The notes: generated by a model not told the origin, from the sequence alone. DNA of 62,586 nucleotides, filler included, from 5 parts of 5 records of this genome joined end to end with filler, not necessarily neighbours in it, one strand, 5' to 3'. Shown: positions 1 through 11,373, counted from the whole stretch's first letter. Numbers and translations: made by a program.

Positions 1-119
1 TCGGAAATAATCCATGCCCTTTCATCGGTCAGGCGAAAGGGAATGGAAAGAGGTAATCTTTGGATGAGGCTGGCGGCGGCGCCGGTCTTGAATGTCGTTG
101 CCGCTTGCCAGCTGGCTTA

Positions 120-1421
120 TCAAAGCACGTAACGGCTTAGATCAGCAGACCGCGTCAATTCACCAAGGTTTTCCTCAACAAAAGCTGCATCCACGACCAC
201 TTCATCCCCTGATCGGTCTGGCGCGGTAAAGGACAGCTCCTCAAACACCCGTTCCATCACGGTATAAAGGCGCCGCGCACCGATGTTCTCCACGGTTTGG
301 TTCACATCTGCCGCAATCTTGGCCAGTGCCGCGATCCCTTCGGATGTGAAGGAAACAGTTACCTCTTCGGTGCCCATCAAGGCGGTATATTGCAGCGTCA
401 ACGCGTTGTCGGTTTCGGTGAGGATCCGCACAAAATCCGCCTCGGTCAGCGCGCGCAACTCAACCCGGATCGGCAAACGGCCCTGCAATTCCGGCAGCAA
501 GTCGGATGGCTTGGCAATGTGGAATGCGCCAGAGGCGATGAACAGCACATGATCGGTTTTCACCGGGCCATGCTTGGTGCTGACGGTGGTGCCTTCGATC
601 AGGGGAAGTAGATCGCGCTGCACCCCTTCGCGGCTCACATCGCCGCCACGGGCATCTGATCGGGCGCACACTTTGTCGATCTCATCCAGAAACACGATTC
701 CGTTCTGCTCAACCGCCTCGATCGCGGCCCGTGTAACGGTTTCGTCATCCAGCAGTTTGTCGGCCTCTTCACCAATTAGAACTTCGTAACTTTCTGCAAC
801 CGACAGCCGCTTTTTCGTGGTGCGTCCGCCCATCGCCTTGCCAAACATATCACCAAGGTTCAGCATCCCTGCCCCCGGTTGACCGGGAATATCCATCATC
901 TGAAACGGGTTGGAACTGTCCGCCAGTTCCAGATCAATCATTGTATCGTCCAGCTCTCCTGCTTTGAGCTTTTTGCGGAACATCTCACGGGTGCCTTCGC
1001 GGGCATCGGTCCCGGCAATGGCATCAATCACACGCTCTTCTGCTGCCTTGTGAGCGCTGGCTTTGACGTCTTCGCGCATATGTTCGCGGGTCATCGCGAT
1101 GGCAGCATCGACCAGATCGCGCACGATCTGCTCCACGTCACGCCCGACATAGCCGACTTCGGTAAACTTTGTTGCCTCAACCTTGAGAAACGGTGCGCGG
1201 GCCAGCTTGGCCAATCGGCGGCTGATCTCGGTTTTGCCAACGCCGGTGGGCCCGATCATAAGGATGTTCTTGGGGTAAACCTCATCGCGCAGATCATCGG
1301 CCAGCTGCTTGCGCCGCCACCGGTTGCGCAGGGCCACGGCCACGGCGCGTTTTGCGTCCGCTTGACCAATGATGAAACGGTCCAGTTCTGAAACGATTTC
1401 GCGGGGGGTCAGATCGGTCAT
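120..1421 (-). CDS. hslU: ATP-dependent protease ATPase subunit HslU
   Basis: N-terminus [20 protein letters not shown], Walker A GPTGVGKT, Walker B FLDEIDK, C-terminal DLSRYVL; ATGA overlap with the hslV stop. Confidence 0.98.
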   Translation of the reverse strand: MTDLTPREIVSELDRFIIGQADAKRAVAVALRNRWRRKQLADDLRDEVYPKNILMIGPTGVGKTEISRRLAKLARAPFLKVEATKFTEVGYVGRDVEQIVRDLVDAAIAMTREHMREDVKASAHKAAEERVIDAIAGTDAREGTREMFRKKLKAGELDDTMIDLELADSSNPFQMMDIPGQPGAGMLNLGDMFGKAMGGRTTKKRLSVAESYEVLIGEEADKLLDDETVTRAAIEAVEQNGIVFLDEIDKVCARSDARGGDVSREGVQRDLLPLIEGTTVSTKHGPVKTDHVLFIASGAFHIAKPSDLLPELQGRLPIRVELRALTEADFVRILTETDNALTLQYTALMGTEEVTVSFTSEGIAALAKIAADVNQTVENIGARRLYTVMERVFEELSFTAPDRSGDEVVVDAAFVEENLGELTRSADLSRYVL

Positions 1422-1975
1422 TGGCTGATTTTCTCCACGGTCAGGTTGCCGTTTGTATAAACGCAGATGTCAGATGCGATGGCCATCGCATCGCGGGCGA
1501 CGGCTTCGGCATCGCGGTCGCTGTCGATCAGGCCCCGTGCGGCAGCCAGCGCAAAATTTCCGCCAGACCCAATCGCAGCCACATCATGTTCGGGCTCCAG
1601 CACATCTCCGGCACCGGTGATCACCAACAGATCATTGCCATCGGTTACAATCAGCATCGCCTCAAGCTTTTGAAGGTATTTGTCGGTGCGCCAATCTTTG
1701 GCCAGCTCCACGCTGGCGCGGGCCAATTGACCGGGCGTTGCCTCAAGCTTGGCTTCAAGCCGTTCGAGCAGGGTGAATGCATCGGCGGTTGATCCGGCAA
1801 AACCAGCGACCACGTCAAATCCGCCGGGCGATAACCGCCGCACCTTGCGGGCTGTTCCCTTGATCACGGTCTGGCCAAGGCTCACTTGACCGTCTCCCGC
1901 AATCACCACTTCACCGGCCTTTTTGACCCCAATAATCGTGGTCCCGTGCCAGCCGGGAAAATCCTGATGTGCCAT
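1418..1975 (-). CDS. hslV: ATP-dependent protease peptidase subunit HslV (short propeptide before the catalytic Thr)
   Basis: [36 protein letters not shown] motifs. Start moved to ATG 1975, which has an AGGAGG RBS. Confidence 0.97.
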   Translation of the reverse strand: MAHQDFPGWHGTTIIGVKKAGEVVIAGDGQVSLGQTVIKGTARKVRRLSPGGFDVVAGFAGSTADAFTLLERLEAKLEATPGQLARASVELAKDWRTDKYLQKLEAMLIVTDGNDLLVITGAGDVLEPEHDVAAIGSGGNFALAAARGLIDSDRDAEAVARDAMAIASDICVYTNGNLTVEKISQ

Positions 1976-2002
1976 GCGCGGCCTCCTGTCTGCTTGGGAT
2001 CT

Positions 2003-2031
2003 ATATGGCCTTCTCGCCGGTTGCGTACAAG
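2003..2031 (-). promoter_or_regulatory. Putative RpoH (sigma-32) heat-shock promoter of hslVU
   Basis: Minus strand reads CTTGTA-N15-GGCCATAT about 28 nt upstream of the hslV ATG, resembling CTTGAA-N13-17-CCCCATNT; hslVU is a classic heat-shock operon. Confidence 0.6.
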
Positions 2032-2077
2032 GGTGGCTGCCCTTGCCCGCCCGCCCGTCACTGGCTAGCGTTCCTTG

Positions 2078-2974
2078 ATGAAGGAACTTTGCATATACCT
2101 TGAGCCGGATCTGCGCAAAAGCGCGGAGGCAGGTGAACATAACTTCATCAATTTGGTGCAAGATGTGGCGGAAAAATCCCTGTTTAGGGTCACATATCAC
2201 GATCAACCCGCAGTGATGGGTGGTGAGGACACCTACACGCTATCCCACATGACCGCCCCGCCCCCGGACCGTGGCTTGGTTTTTCGGCGGGCCTATCAAT
2301 ACCCGTTCTGGAACATCGAGGCGACGACCGAGCGTTGGCAATGGGATGTCGCCAAAGCCAGTTTTGACCCTGCGATCATCCACCCCGATGCAAAACGGTT
2401 CTATTCCTATTGGCAAAAACGGCTCTTTGGCGCGGCTGCCGCTCGGACCACGAAGAGTGGATATATCTACGTGCCGCTGCAAGGAAAGTTGACGGAGCAC
2501 CGGTCATTCCAGCGCTGTTCTCCAATTGAGATGATCGAGCATTGCTTGATGCATGGCGGCACACGGCCGATTGTGGCCTGCCTGCACCCCAATGAAACCT
2601 ATTCAACGGCAGAACTGACGGCGCTTGATGATCTCGCGGGCCGCTTCGGGCAGTTGTCGGTTGAGATCGGCAAAATGGAACATCATTTGCAGCATTGTGA
2701 CTTTGTCGTCAGCCAAAACTCTGCCGCGGCCTTTGCCGGATACTTCTTTGGTAAGCCTGCGCTGCTGTTTGGAAAAATTGATTTTCACCACATTGCCGAA
2801 CCTGCAAATATGGCGCAATTGCCAGACAGCTTTGATGCTGCCAGCGCAGCACGGCCCGCGTTTGATCGCTACGTGCATTGGTTCTGGCAGGAAAACTGCA
2901 TCAACGCCGGTAGGGCGGATGCGCGGGCCAAAATAATGGCTCGGTTTCAAAGATTTGGCTGGCCGATAGAATAA
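2078..2974 (+). CDS. Capsular polysaccharide biosynthesis/export family protein (KpsS/KpsC-like, GT-B type)
   Basis: Motifs YIYVPLQ, LHP and [23 protein letters not shown] resemble the Capsule_synth domain. Confidence 0.6.
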   Translation: MKELCIYLEPDLRKSAEAGEHNFINLVQDVAEKSLFRVTYHDQPAVMGGEDTYTLSHMTAPPPDRGLVFRRAYQYPFWNIEATTERWQWDVAKASFDPAIIHPDAKRFYSYWQKRLFGAAAARTTKSGYIYVPLQGKLTEHRSFQRCSPIEMIEHCLMHGGTRPIVACLHPNETYSTAELTALDDLAGRFGQLSVEIGKMEHHLQHCDFVVSQNSAAAFAGYFFGKPALLFGKIDFHHIAEPANMAQLPDSFDAASAARPAFDRYVHWFWQENCINAGRADARAKIMARFQRFGWPIE

Positions 2975-2997
2975 GGGCGCCCGCTTGGGACGCCCTT
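2973..2997. terminator. Hairpin between the convergent KpsS-like gene and trxA
   Basis: AAGGGCGCCC-GCTT-GGGACGCCCTT inverted repeat with one bulge. Confidence 0.55.
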
Positions 2998-3019
2998 GAA
3001 ATGGTTAGAAATCAGAAAC

Positions 3020-3340
3020 TTAGATCGACTCCTCGATCCAGCTTTGCAACGCTGCCTTCGGCTTGGCGCCCGCCATGTTGGATACGACCTGACCGTCCTT
3101 AAAGATGAACAGAGCCGGAATGCCGCGCACACCCATTTGGGCGGGTGAGTTGGGGTTTTCGTCTACGTTCACTTTGACGATCTTAACTTTGCCGTCCATT
3201 TCAGCCGACAATTCTTCCAAAGACGGGCCGATTTGTTTGCATGGGCCGCACCATTCGGCCCAGAAATCGACCACAACTGGGATATCGGAATTTTTGACTT
3301 CGGCGTCGAACGTTGAGTCCGTAACTGCGACGGTGGCCAT
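3020..3340 (-). CDS. trxA: Thioredoxin
   Basis: WAEWCGPCK active site, 106 aa, canonical position after addA. Confidence 0.98.
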   Translation of the reverse strand: MATVAVTDSTFDAEVKNSDIPVVVDFWAEWCGPCKQIGPSLEELSAEMDGKVKIVKVNVDENPNSPAQMGVRGIPALFIFKDGQVVSNMAGAKPKAALQSWIEESI

Positions 3341-3376
3341 GATGCTCTCCTGACAGGATTTGGGTTCAGGCAGAAC

Positions 3377-6300
3377 CTATGAACGCATGTCCTCCGCGTC
3401 AAGATATGGCGAACACTCTAGCGCTGATGTCACAATATTGTGGGGCAATTCCATCAAGCGGCTGGCCGATGTCCACAAAATCGCGGTGCGGATCTCGTGA
3501 TCGGGATAGATCTGCCCAAGCATCTGCGCATAGGCTCCCATCTGTCGAAGGATCCCGTCCGGGCATTGTTCAACGCTGTTCGGAACCGTTCTGTTGGTCT
3601 TGAAATCCACTGCGGTGACAGTGTTTGCTGTGATGATCAAACGATCAATCACCCCATGCAGCCGTGATTGCCGGATCTGCGCCGTGATCGGAACCTCGGC
3701 CAAGGTGTCATTGGCAAAGATATGGGCAAGAGCAGGGGTGCCTAGAACCTGCACGGCCTCCTGCATCGCCCGTTTTGCCATTTCCGAGGTATCCGCAGTG
3801 AGCATTTGAGCAGCAACACTCGCACGCTCAGCCTCGACAATGGGCGCCAGTTTTTCAAGCAGATCGTGCACCAGAGTTCCATAAAGCAACGCGCTTTCTT
3901 TGTCATCGCCGGCATCGCCTGGCAAAGCTTTTGCACCACCAAGGTCAGAGGGTGACAAAGTCGGCTTCTGCAACGCATAAATGGGCGCAGGTGTCGAAAA
4001 AATAGGGTCTAATAAAGGCTTTTCCGCTGGCTTCTTGATATGCTCGACCTGCGCAAGCCCATCCCAATCACCCTCGGCGAACCGCAATGTGCCGTCTGAA
4101 CCCACAGGAACAGCATTTGTATGCCCCATCGCTGTTTGCGCAATCTGATACCAAGATGATCCGTCTTTGGACAAATCCCCGGCCGCCGCAACGATCAGCC
4201 ACTTTTCCGCACGGGTCATCGCCACATAGAGCAACCTCAACCGCTCCTGAAACTGCGCGTCTTTCATGCCGTCAATGGTTTCCCTGAGCGGCGCCGGCAT
4301 ATCCGCGGCTGCCGCTTTCCAGATCGGCACGCCTTGCATCCGCACAATTTCATCTTTGATGGTGATGTCCCGCCGCCCTGTATCGGGCAGAATAACGATA
4401 GGCGCCTCAAGGCCTTTGGCCCCATGCACCGTCATCACGCGGATCTGATCAGACGCGCTATCGATCTGGCGCTTGATCTCAAGATCGTCAGTTTGCATCC
4501 AGACGATAAAACCGGTCAAACTGGGCACATTGCTGCGCTCGTAGGACAAGGCTTGCGACAGCATTGCGTTGATCCCATCCTCGGCCTCTGCGCCCAAGCG
4601 AGACAGCAATTTGCGGCGCCCATCGTGCCGGGTGAGGATACATTCGATCAGGTCATAGGGGCGGAGAAAATCAACCCGTGCCCGCAAATCTTCCAATTTA
4701 GAGACTGTTTCTGCGTGATCTTCCCGATTGCGCAACGCTTGCCAGAGATGGCGCTCACTGCGCCGGTGGGCAAGGTCAAACAACATCTGCTCGGACCATC
4801 CGAACAGGGGCGATTTCAACGCGGTCGCCAAAGACAGGTCATCATCTGGCGTCGCCAGGAATGACAACAACGCCGCCAGATCCTTGACGGCAAGTTCCGC
4901 CCCAACTTTCAGCCTGTCCGCCCCCGCAATTGGCAGGTTCGCAGCCTTGCAGGCGCGGATAATCTCCGAAAACAGGGCAGAGCGGCGCTGTACAAGGATC
5001 AGAAAGTCACCCGCGCGGATGCGGCGACGGGCAAAGACGCCGGGTGCATCACTGTCTTCGGGGATAAAGTGTTCTTCATGGATAAGCGCCGCGATGCGGT
5101 CGGCGATCTGTTCGGCAAGCAGGACGGTATGATGCCGGGCGCTGCGGCGATCAACAGGGTCGGTCCAGATGCGGTCTTCGTCGTCATCTGCCTTTTCGAC
5201 GACCGGCCACAGATCGACACGGCCGGGCAGGGCGGATTTAAACGGTTTGTGTTGGGTTTTCTGGTCGAGGCCCGGTTGGATATCCGGGTCAAAAGCAGTG
5301 TCTACCAAGCGCAAAATGGCCGAAGAGGACCGAAAGGAATAATCCAAACTGCGGTGTTGAAAGATCTTGCCAGCCTCTGCGATCTTTTCCTCGAACATCA
5401 GGCTCTTGCGATCAAACTCCAGTGGATCGGCGCCTTGGAAGGAATAGATTGATTGCTTCTTGTCGCCCACAACAAACAGGGTGCGTTCCACATCTGAACG
5501 GGCACCAGAGCCGCTGTAAAACTCATCGGTCAGGCGGTCGATCACATCCCATTGCCGGGGCGATGTATCCTGCGCCTCGTCGACCAGAATATGATCAATA
5601 CCGCCGTCGATGCGGAACAGCACCCAGGCCGCCACGGCCTTGTCGGTCAAAAGGGCGCGGGCCTTGAGAATGAGATCGTCGAAATCAAGCCAGCCACGTG
5701 CCTGTTTGGCCACCTCATATCGGGACAGAAACGCGCTGGCGAACCGATGTAATGCGTGGGTTTTTTCGGCCAGTGCCAAGGCAAGTCTGGCCTCGCGCGC
5801 CTCTTCGACCCGCATCATCAGCTGTTCCAGCGCTGGCATCGCGTTTGCGATGATTTTTTGCGTCGGTTTTGTAGGGAAACTGCCAATTTTTGCGGTGAAC
5901 GGTGCTTTTGCGCCCGCTCCGGTCAGAAAAACGCTTTCGAGTGTGGGCAGAGCGGACAAATCAAAGCTCTCGATTTGCGCCAACAGATCACCGGCCTTGG
6001 TGTCGTTGCCACCCTTTGCGATCAGATGGGGTGTGATGTCTTTGATGAGGTCTGCTTCGCTTCCCAAGAACACCGACTGCTCAATCGTCTCGCGGCTGAG
6101 GTCCGGTTTTTGGTCCAACAGGTGCAACAACTCCGTCCAATCCGGCGTTGCGGCAAAAGCATCGCGAAGCCCGACGATACTGCGGGTCAGTTTGCCAAAA
6201 TCCTCACCGGTATAAAAACGGGCAATTTCAGCAATCAAAGGGGCGTCATGATCCTCTGCCATGGCGTCAACAATGTCAGCACGCAGCAGATCGGCGGCGC

Positions 6301-6754
6301 GATCTTCAATTTCCGAAAACTGGGGGCTGACCCCGGCTTCAAGCGGAAAACGCCGTAACAGAGACGCACAGAAGGAGTGAATGGTCTGAATCTTCAGACC
6401 GCCCGGCGCTTCGATGGCCAAGGCAAAAAGAGTACGTGCCTTGCGCAGTTCAGCAGGGTCAAGATCACCACTCAACCCCAGATCAGCCATCGCCTTGCGC
6501 AAAGCGGCATCATCAAGCATGGCCCATTCGCCAAGCCGTTTGAAAAGCCGGTTTTGCATCTCTGAGGCGGCGGCTTTTGTATAGGTCAGACACAGAATAT
6601 GCTGTGGCTCAACACCGCTGAGAAGCAGTCGCGCCACCCGATCTGTCAAAACCCGCGTTTTACCCGACCCCGCGTTCGCCGCGAGCCAGGTAGAGGCATC
6701 TGGCCGTGCCGCATCAATCTGTGCGCGGGTGGCATCGTCAAAGTCTGGTTTCAT
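3377..6754 (-). CDS. addA: Double-strand break repair helicase/nuclease AddA
   Basis: UvrD motifs ANAGSGKT, LVDEAQD, VGDKKQSIYSFQGA, TVHGAKGLE, LYVAMTRA; C-terminal nuclease GVIDRL..DFKT. ATG 6754 overlaps the addB stop (ATGA). Confidence 0.96.
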   Translation of the reverse strand: MKPDFDDATRAQIDAARPDASTWLAANAGSGKTRVLTDRVARLLLSGVEPQHILCLTYTKAAASEMQNRLFKRLGEWAMLDDAALRKAMADLGLSGDLDPAELRKARTLFALAIEAPGGLKIQTIHSFCASLLRRFPLEAGVSPQFSEIEDRAADLLRADIVDAMAEDHDAPLIAEIARFYTGEDFGKLTRSIVGLRDAFAATPDWTELLHLLDQKPDLSRETIEQSVFLGSEADLIKDITPHLIAKGGNDTKAGDLLAQIESFDLSALPTLESVFLTGAGAKAPFTAKIGSFPTKPTQKIIANAMPALEQLMMRVEEAREARLALALAEKTHALHRFASAFLSRYEVAKQARGWLDFDDLILKARALLTDKAVAAWVLFRIDGGIDHILVDEAQDTSPRQWDVIDRLTDEFYSGSGARSDVERTLFVVGDKKQSIYSFQGADPLEFDRKSLMFEEKIAEAGKIFQHRSLDYSFRSSSAILRLVDTAFDPDIQPGLDQKTQHKPFKSALPGRVDLWPVVEKADDDEDRIWTDPVDRRSARHHTVLLAEQIADRIAALIHEEHFIPEDSDAPGVFARRRIRAGDFLILVQRRSALFSEIIRACKAANLPIAGADRLKVGAELAVKDLAALLSFLATPDDDLSLATALKSPLFGWSEQMLFDLAHRRSERHLWQALRNREDHAETVSKLEDLRARVDFLRPYDLIECILTRHDGRRKLLSRLGAEAEDGINAMLSQALSYERSNVPSLTGFIVWMQTDDLEIKRQIDSASDQIRVMTVHGAKGLEAPIVILPDTGRRDITIKDEIVRMQGVPIWKAAAADMPAPLRETIDGMKDAQFQERLRLLYVAMTRAEKWLIVAAAGDLSKDGSSWYQIAQTAMGHTNAVPVGSDGTLRFAEGDWDGLAQVEHIKKPAEKPLLDPIFSTPAPIYALQKPTLSPSDLGGAKALPGDAGDDKESALLYGTLVHDLLEKLAPIVEAERASVAAQMLTADTSEMAKRAMQEAVQVLGTPALAHIFANDTLAEVPITAQIRQSRLHGVIDRLIITANTVTAVDFKTNRTVPNSVEQCPDGILRQMGAYAQMLGQIYPDHEIRTAILWTSASRLMELPHNIVTSALECSPYLDAEDMRS

Positions 6755-9708
6755 GTCAGATCCTCCGGCGTGGCAAGGGTGGTTCCATCCCATTCGCCAA
6801 AACGGGCGAGCTGGTCATAGTCGCCTGCAGCCTCTTCGGTTTTGACCATGCGCCGGGATGTGAATCCCTGAGCGGCGGTGAGATAGCTCGCGATCAGCTC
6901 TTCCAATCCGGCCAGCACTTGGGCGGGGGGTTCTTCATCCAGAGGCGCGGAAATTTCGACAGGTTTCGACCCTAACCCGATGAAAATCGCGTTTGCGACC
7001 GGCGCTGCGCCCACCTCTGCAAAGCCGCCCTCTTCGACCATCGCCGCTTCGATCAACAGCTGTTTGTCGAACAGTTTTTGTTCTTTCTTGCTGGGCGGTG
7101 TTCCGGTTTTGTAGTCATAAATCAGCGCATCACCGGCATCGGTCAGATCAATCCTGTCCGCAAACCCAGTGAGCGTGAACCCCAGCTTTTCGAAAATATG
7201 CTTGCCACGCGCCGCCTTTTCAAAGGCAACGGGGGAGGAATAACTTTGGCGCTCGGCCTCCTGAGCGATGAACCAATCGGCAACACGTTCAATCCGCGCC
7301 AGCCACATGGCGCGCGCGGCAGGCCATGGCGCTTCGGCTTCAAGCACCTCTCGGGCGATGGCCAGCAGATGTTCCTTGGTCAAATGCGCGGCATTGGCGC
7401 TGACGGATTTGACAAAGCGTTCCATGATTTCGTGCAAAATGATGCCGCGCACCGGCGCGTCGGGGGATTGCACCAGCGGATTGATCTGCCGAAGGCGCAA
7501 TGTGTGTTTGGCATAAATGGCATAAGGATCACGGATCAGCCGCTTGATCTCAGTCACCGAAAGCGCATGTGGCCGTGCAGTGACAGGCGGTCGTGGTGAT
7601 GGGCGCGGGGCAGGGGTGCTGCGCGTTGTTTCCTCAAGCGCCTGCACCTGTTTGGTCCAGTACTGGCCCCGTGCACGCATATCCGACCATGCCTGCGCGC
7701 CGTCTTCTTGCGGCAAACCGTTCAGTAGATTGCCCAAACGGTTGAGCCAGCGAGAGGGCACAGTTTCCGCCTCATCCGACCGGATGGCGCGGGTGATCCA
7801 GACCTCAGGCGCAGCGATGGCTTGTTGATAGTCATGCGCCGACAGGCCAATGCGTCGTTCGGGCAGCAAAAGACCGGCTTGCAGGCGCATTTGCCGGTTC
7901 AGCCATGGATCGGGCGGCGGTGCCTCGGGCCATGTGCCATCGTTCAAGCCCCCCATTATGACCAGATCTGCACCCTGAACGCGCGCCTCCAACGTGCCCC
8001 AGATCATAACGCCCGGATGCGGCGCATCGCGGTCACGCACCTCACCGCCTGACAAAACGGCGCCCAATAGGTCAGAAAAATCGGCAGCGGACATTGATCC
8101 ACCAAAGACCGCCTGTTCGGTCAGGTCTGTCATCAGCATCTCAGCTGCCTGACCAGCCTTGCGCCGCCACAGCTCATGATCGGGCGTGTTCGTGGGGCCA
8201 GCGGCAATCGCGCTTGCAAGGTCAAGATGCCTTTGCACCCAAGTTGTCAGCGCAAGATCGCCCTTGGTGGCATGATCACAAAACGTTTGGCCAACCCACG
8301 CTGCCCATTCCAGAAACTCGGCTGGCTCTTCGATGCGATCCGCTGCTTTCTGTGCGATCCGGGCAAGGCCATCGGGGTCGGGATAGGGCAAACCATCGCG
8401 GCGTATCTGCATTTCCAGACGCTGGGTGTGCAACTGATGCAGGTTGCGATCCGCACCGCTGTGGGTGAGGGGATGTTTGAGCAGGGTCAGCAAGGCCTCT
8501 GCATCCATCTTGCGCAAAAACAAGGCTGCGACATGTCGCAGGAAACGGCCCGGCGGGGACAATTGCAACGGCGTACCAGCGCTGTCATCTGGCAGGATGT
8601 TCCAACGATCGAGGGCAGAGGTGACTTGCCGGGTCAGCATCCTGTCGGGTGTGATCAGTGCGGCGGTTTTGCCTTCTTCAACCGCTTTTCGAAGGCGCAA
8701 AGCAATGGTCAGCGCTTCAATCCTCGGCGTCGGGGCCTCAACCAAGGTGATACCTTGGGTCGCGGCGGCCAAATCGGTCAAATTTGGGCCTTCGCTGAGC
8801 CAGGCATGGGTGACGGGGGCGGGGCGCAGCGACAGCGAAACAAGCGCATTGCGGGTGGGCGAGGGGGCGTTCGCTTCCGCCCAAGGCAGAATATCCCGGC
8901 GCGGCAGTTCGAGCGCCTGCATCAGATGACGAAACCGGTACTGCGGATGGTCCTCAGACAGCAGTTCCTGATCCAACTGCGCCCAAACCGAGGTAGGCAT
9001 GTCAAAGTCAAACCCCGGCAGCACAAGCGCCCCTTGCGGCAATTTTGCCACCGCCTGCATCAACAAGGACGTGGTGCCGCGCGACCCGGTAGAACCCGCA
9101 AGGATCACCGGGTTCTGCGGCGGGTTGGCCTGCCACGCGGCGATGATCTGCAAGGTCAATTGCCTTTGCCGCGCTTCTGCATCCGGGGCGCTGTCCGTTT
9201 GGCCCAGATAGCTGTGGGCGATTTCAAGAAAGCGCTTGGCGCGATCCCAATGGCCGGATTGATCGCTGACATCAAGGTTCTCGATGGCGCTGATATCAAC
9301 GCCTTCGCCCTGCATTTCGTCCATCAACGCCGCCAGACTGTCAGACAATGCATAAAGCGATGCGCGGGGGGCCAAGGTGGGATCCGCTTCCAGCAGGCCG
9401 GAGAGCAGTTGAATAAGTTCAAGCCGCCGTTGCAAAGCAGGGATCGCGGGTGGGGCTGTGACGCCAGGCACCAATGTGTCTAGCTCACCCAAAAGCCGGA
9501 TGCGGGGCAAAAATCCTGCTGGCCCTTTGTCAAAAATCTCCCGCAAGCGCCGCGCCATACGGCGGGTGTTCACGATCAAATCAACCCGTGCCATTGCATC
9601 GGGCGGCGCATCTGTCAGCCGCGCACGAAGCCCGTCCGCAAGGGCAACAGGAAAATCAACGCCGGGGGCCAGTCCAAAAACCCGGGCGTGATCTGATGGG
9701 TCAAACAT
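6751..9708 (-). CDS. addB: Double-strand break repair protein AddB
   Basis: AGSTGSRG, WGTLEAR, nuclease motif GFADRID..YDYKTG, C-terminal YDQLARFGEW; directly upstream of addA. Confidence 0.95.
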   Translation of the reverse strand: MFDPSDHARVFGLAPGVDFPVALADGLRARLTDAPPDAMARVDLIVNTRRMARRLREIFDKGPAGFLPRIRLLGELDTLVPGVTAPPAIPALQRRLELIQLLSGLLEADPTLAPRASLYALSDSLAALMDEMQGEGVDISAIENLDVSDQSGHWDRAKRFLEIAHSYLGQTDSAPDAEARQRQLTLQIIAAWQANPPQNPVILAGSTGSRGTTSLLMQAVAKLPQGALVLPGFDFDMPTSVWAQLDQELLSEDHPQYRFRHLMQALELPRRDILPWAEANAPSPTRNALVSLSLRPAPVTHAWLSEGPNLTDLAAATQGITLVEAPTPRIEALTIALRLRKAVEEGKTAALITPDRMLTRQVTSALDRWNILPDDSAGTPLQLSPPGRFLRHVAALFLRKMDAEALLTLLKHPLTHSGADRNLHQLHTQRLEMQIRRDGLPYPDPDGLARIAQKAADRIEEPAEFLEWAAWVGQTFCDHATKGDLALTTWVQRHLDLASAIAAGPTNTPDHELWRRKAGQAAEMLMTDLTEQAVFGGSMSAADFSDLLGAVLSGGEVRDRDAPHPGVMIWGTLEARVQGADLVIMGGLNDGTWPEAPPPDPWLNRQMRLQAGLLLPERRIGLSAHDYQQAIAAPEVWITRAIRSDEAETVPSRWLNRLGNLLNGLPQEDGAQAWSDMRARGQYWTKQVQALEETTRSTPAPRPSPRPPVTARPHALSVTEIKRLIRDPYAIYAKHTLRLRQINPLVQSPDAPVRGIILHEIMERFVKSVSANAAHLTKEHLLAIAREVLEAEAPWPAARAMWLARIERVADWFIAQEAERQSYSSPVAFEKAARGKHIFEKLGFTLTGFADRIDLTDAGDALIYDYKTGTPPSKKEQKLFDKQLLIEAAMVEEGGFAEVGAAPVANAIFIGLGSKPVEISAPLDEEPPAQVLAGLEELIASYLTAAQGFTSRRMVKTEEAAGDYDQLARFGEWDGTTLATPEDLT

Positions 9709-10387
9709 GGTGCTGCTCCAGCATCTCTTCGGCCAGCGCGATGCCGCCGGGGTGCCCCACATCACACCATTTGCCGGAGTAACGCAGACCGCAAAGCCGC
9801 CCCTTCGATTGCATCATGTCCCAGAGCAGATTGAGCGAGAATGCAGGTTCTTCGATGTCGTGCAAAAGATCGGTCTTGATGATCTGAATGCCCCCGTACA
9901 CAACACCCGGCCCACGGGACAATCTGCCGTCCTCGGCCAGCGTAAAATCACCCAAACCGGCATGACCCACGGCCTGTGCGGTCGGAACACATACCAAAAG
10001 CGCATCCATGGTCGCAGGATTCCACGCATCGCGCAGCAGGTGCAGCGGGTTCGGACCGGCCCAGATTGCATCGGTGTTCATTGTAAAGACTGGCCCATCT
10101 CCAAGCAAAGGCAGCGCGTTGCGCAGGCCCCCGCCGGTGTCCAGAATATCGGGCGTTTCGATCAACGTCTCTACGCCCTGAACCTCAAGGTGATACTGTA
10201 ATTTTTGCGGCTTATAATGCAGATTGGCGATCACGCGCCCCGTACCATGAGTCAGGTCCAGCGCATGATCCACCAGCGCTTTGCCCGCGACTTTGATCAT
10301 GGGTTTCGGCTGATCCTTGGTCAGCTCTTTCATCCGGGTGCCAAAACCGGCGGCAAACATCATTACGGCTGTGGGCTGGTCGCGCAT
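9701..10387 (-). CDS. murU: Nucleotidyltransferase (MurNAc-1-phosphate uridylyltransferase MurU-like)
   Basis: FAAGFGTRM..PKPM, LDTGGGL and WCDVGHP motifs; adjacent to the AmgK-like kinase. Confidence 0.8.
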   Translation of the reverse strand: MRDQPTAVMMFAAGFGTRMKELTKDQPKPMIKVAGKALVDHALDLTHGTGRVIANLHYKPQKLQYHLEVQGVETLIETPDILDTGGGLRNALPLLGDGPVFTMNTDAIWAGPNPLHLLRDAWNPATMDALLVCVPTAQAVGHAGLGDFTLAEDGRLSRGPGVVYGGIQIIKTDLLHDIEEPAFSLNLLWDMMQSKGRLCGLRYSGKWCDVGHPGGIALAEEMLEQHHV

Positions 10388-11373
10388 CGGTTCTTCAGAT
10401 CCATCAAAAAGTCAGGTGTCGGGCGGGCAAGGACGGGCGCAAGCAGGTTTTTCACCTCATCTAGCGCAGGGTGTTCAAGGTTGCGCATCACATATCCCCA
10501 GACCCGCGGGATCAGATCGACATAATGTGCCTTACCGTCCCGCAGGCAAAGCCGCGCAAAAATGCCCAGAATGCGCAGATTTCGCTGCAGCCCCAGAATG
10601 GCATATGCGTTGAGAAACCCGGCTCTGGGCCTACCTGTGCAGGAAAGATAATAGTCAATCATCTCGGCTTCGATCATCGGGTCAACATCACGGCGCGCGT
10701 CTTGCATGATTGACATCAAATCGTAGGAAGGGTGCCCCAAGAGCGCGTCTTGGAAATCAAGAATGCCTACCTTTGCCGCGCCCGCGCGATTTGGCAACCA
10801 TAGCAGGTTTTGGGCATGATAATCACGCAGGATCACAACGCGCTCCGCCTCCGCAACCCCCTTGGCGAGCGGTCGGTATGCTGTCTCGAATGCTTTGCCA
10901 AGATGATCAAACCCGTCAGGAACGTACCAGTCAAAGAACAGTCCGGTCATCTCCATCAGCCAATCGGCATCACATAATGGCAAGGGCGGCGGCGGCGCGT
11001 TGTGCAACCGGGCCAAGACATCGACACTGGCGCGATAAAGCGGCAATTGGGTTTCCGTATCCTTTGCCATGAGATCGGCAAACAGATCATCACCGAGATC
11101 TTCAATGACGAGAAAACCGTCTTTTGTGTCTTGGTGATAGATTTGCGGGGCAGACAGACATTGGCGGTGCAGAAATTCGGCGATTGCCACAAAGGGGCGG
11201 ACGTCTTCGCCCTTCTCTGGTGGCGCATCCATAACGATGGCGGTTTCCCCATTGCCACGGATCAATCGGTCATATCGGCGGTTTGATGCATCTCCTGCAA
11301 CCAGTTCGCGGCGGGTATCGGACCAGCCACATTGTGCCAAAAATTGATCCAGCCGGATCGCGCGATCGTTCAT
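10363..11373 (-). CDS. amgK: APH-family phosphotransferase (anomeric MurNAc/GlcNAc kinase AmgK-like)
   Basis: AGDASNRRYDR, RDYHAQNL, LDFQDA motifs; between tsaE and murU. ATG 11373 overlaps the tsaE stop. Confidence 0.8.
   Translation of the reverse strand: MNDRAIRLDQFLAQCGWSDTRRELVAGDASNRRYDRLIRGNGETAIVMDAPPEKGEDVRPFVAIAEFLHRQCLSAPQIYHQDTKDGFLVIEDLGDDLFADLMAKDTETQLPLYRASVDVLARLHNAPPPPLPLCDADWLMEMTGLFFDWYVPDGFDHLGKAFETAYRPLAKGVAEAERVVILRDYHAQNLLWLPNRAGAAKVGILDFQDALLGHPSYDLMSIMQDARRDVDPMIEAEMIDYYLSCTGRPRAGFLNAYAILGLQRNLRILGIFARLCLRDGKAHYVDLIPRVWGYVMRNLEHPALDEVKNLLAPVLARPTPDFLMDLKNRCATSPQP

Noticed and set aside
1943..1975. N-terminal extension before the HslV catalytic Thr
   Set aside because: Short propeptides are normal for alphaproteobacterial HslV.
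8176..9483. 435-aa plus-strand ORF
   Set aside because: Antisense shadow of addB; no recognisable motifs.
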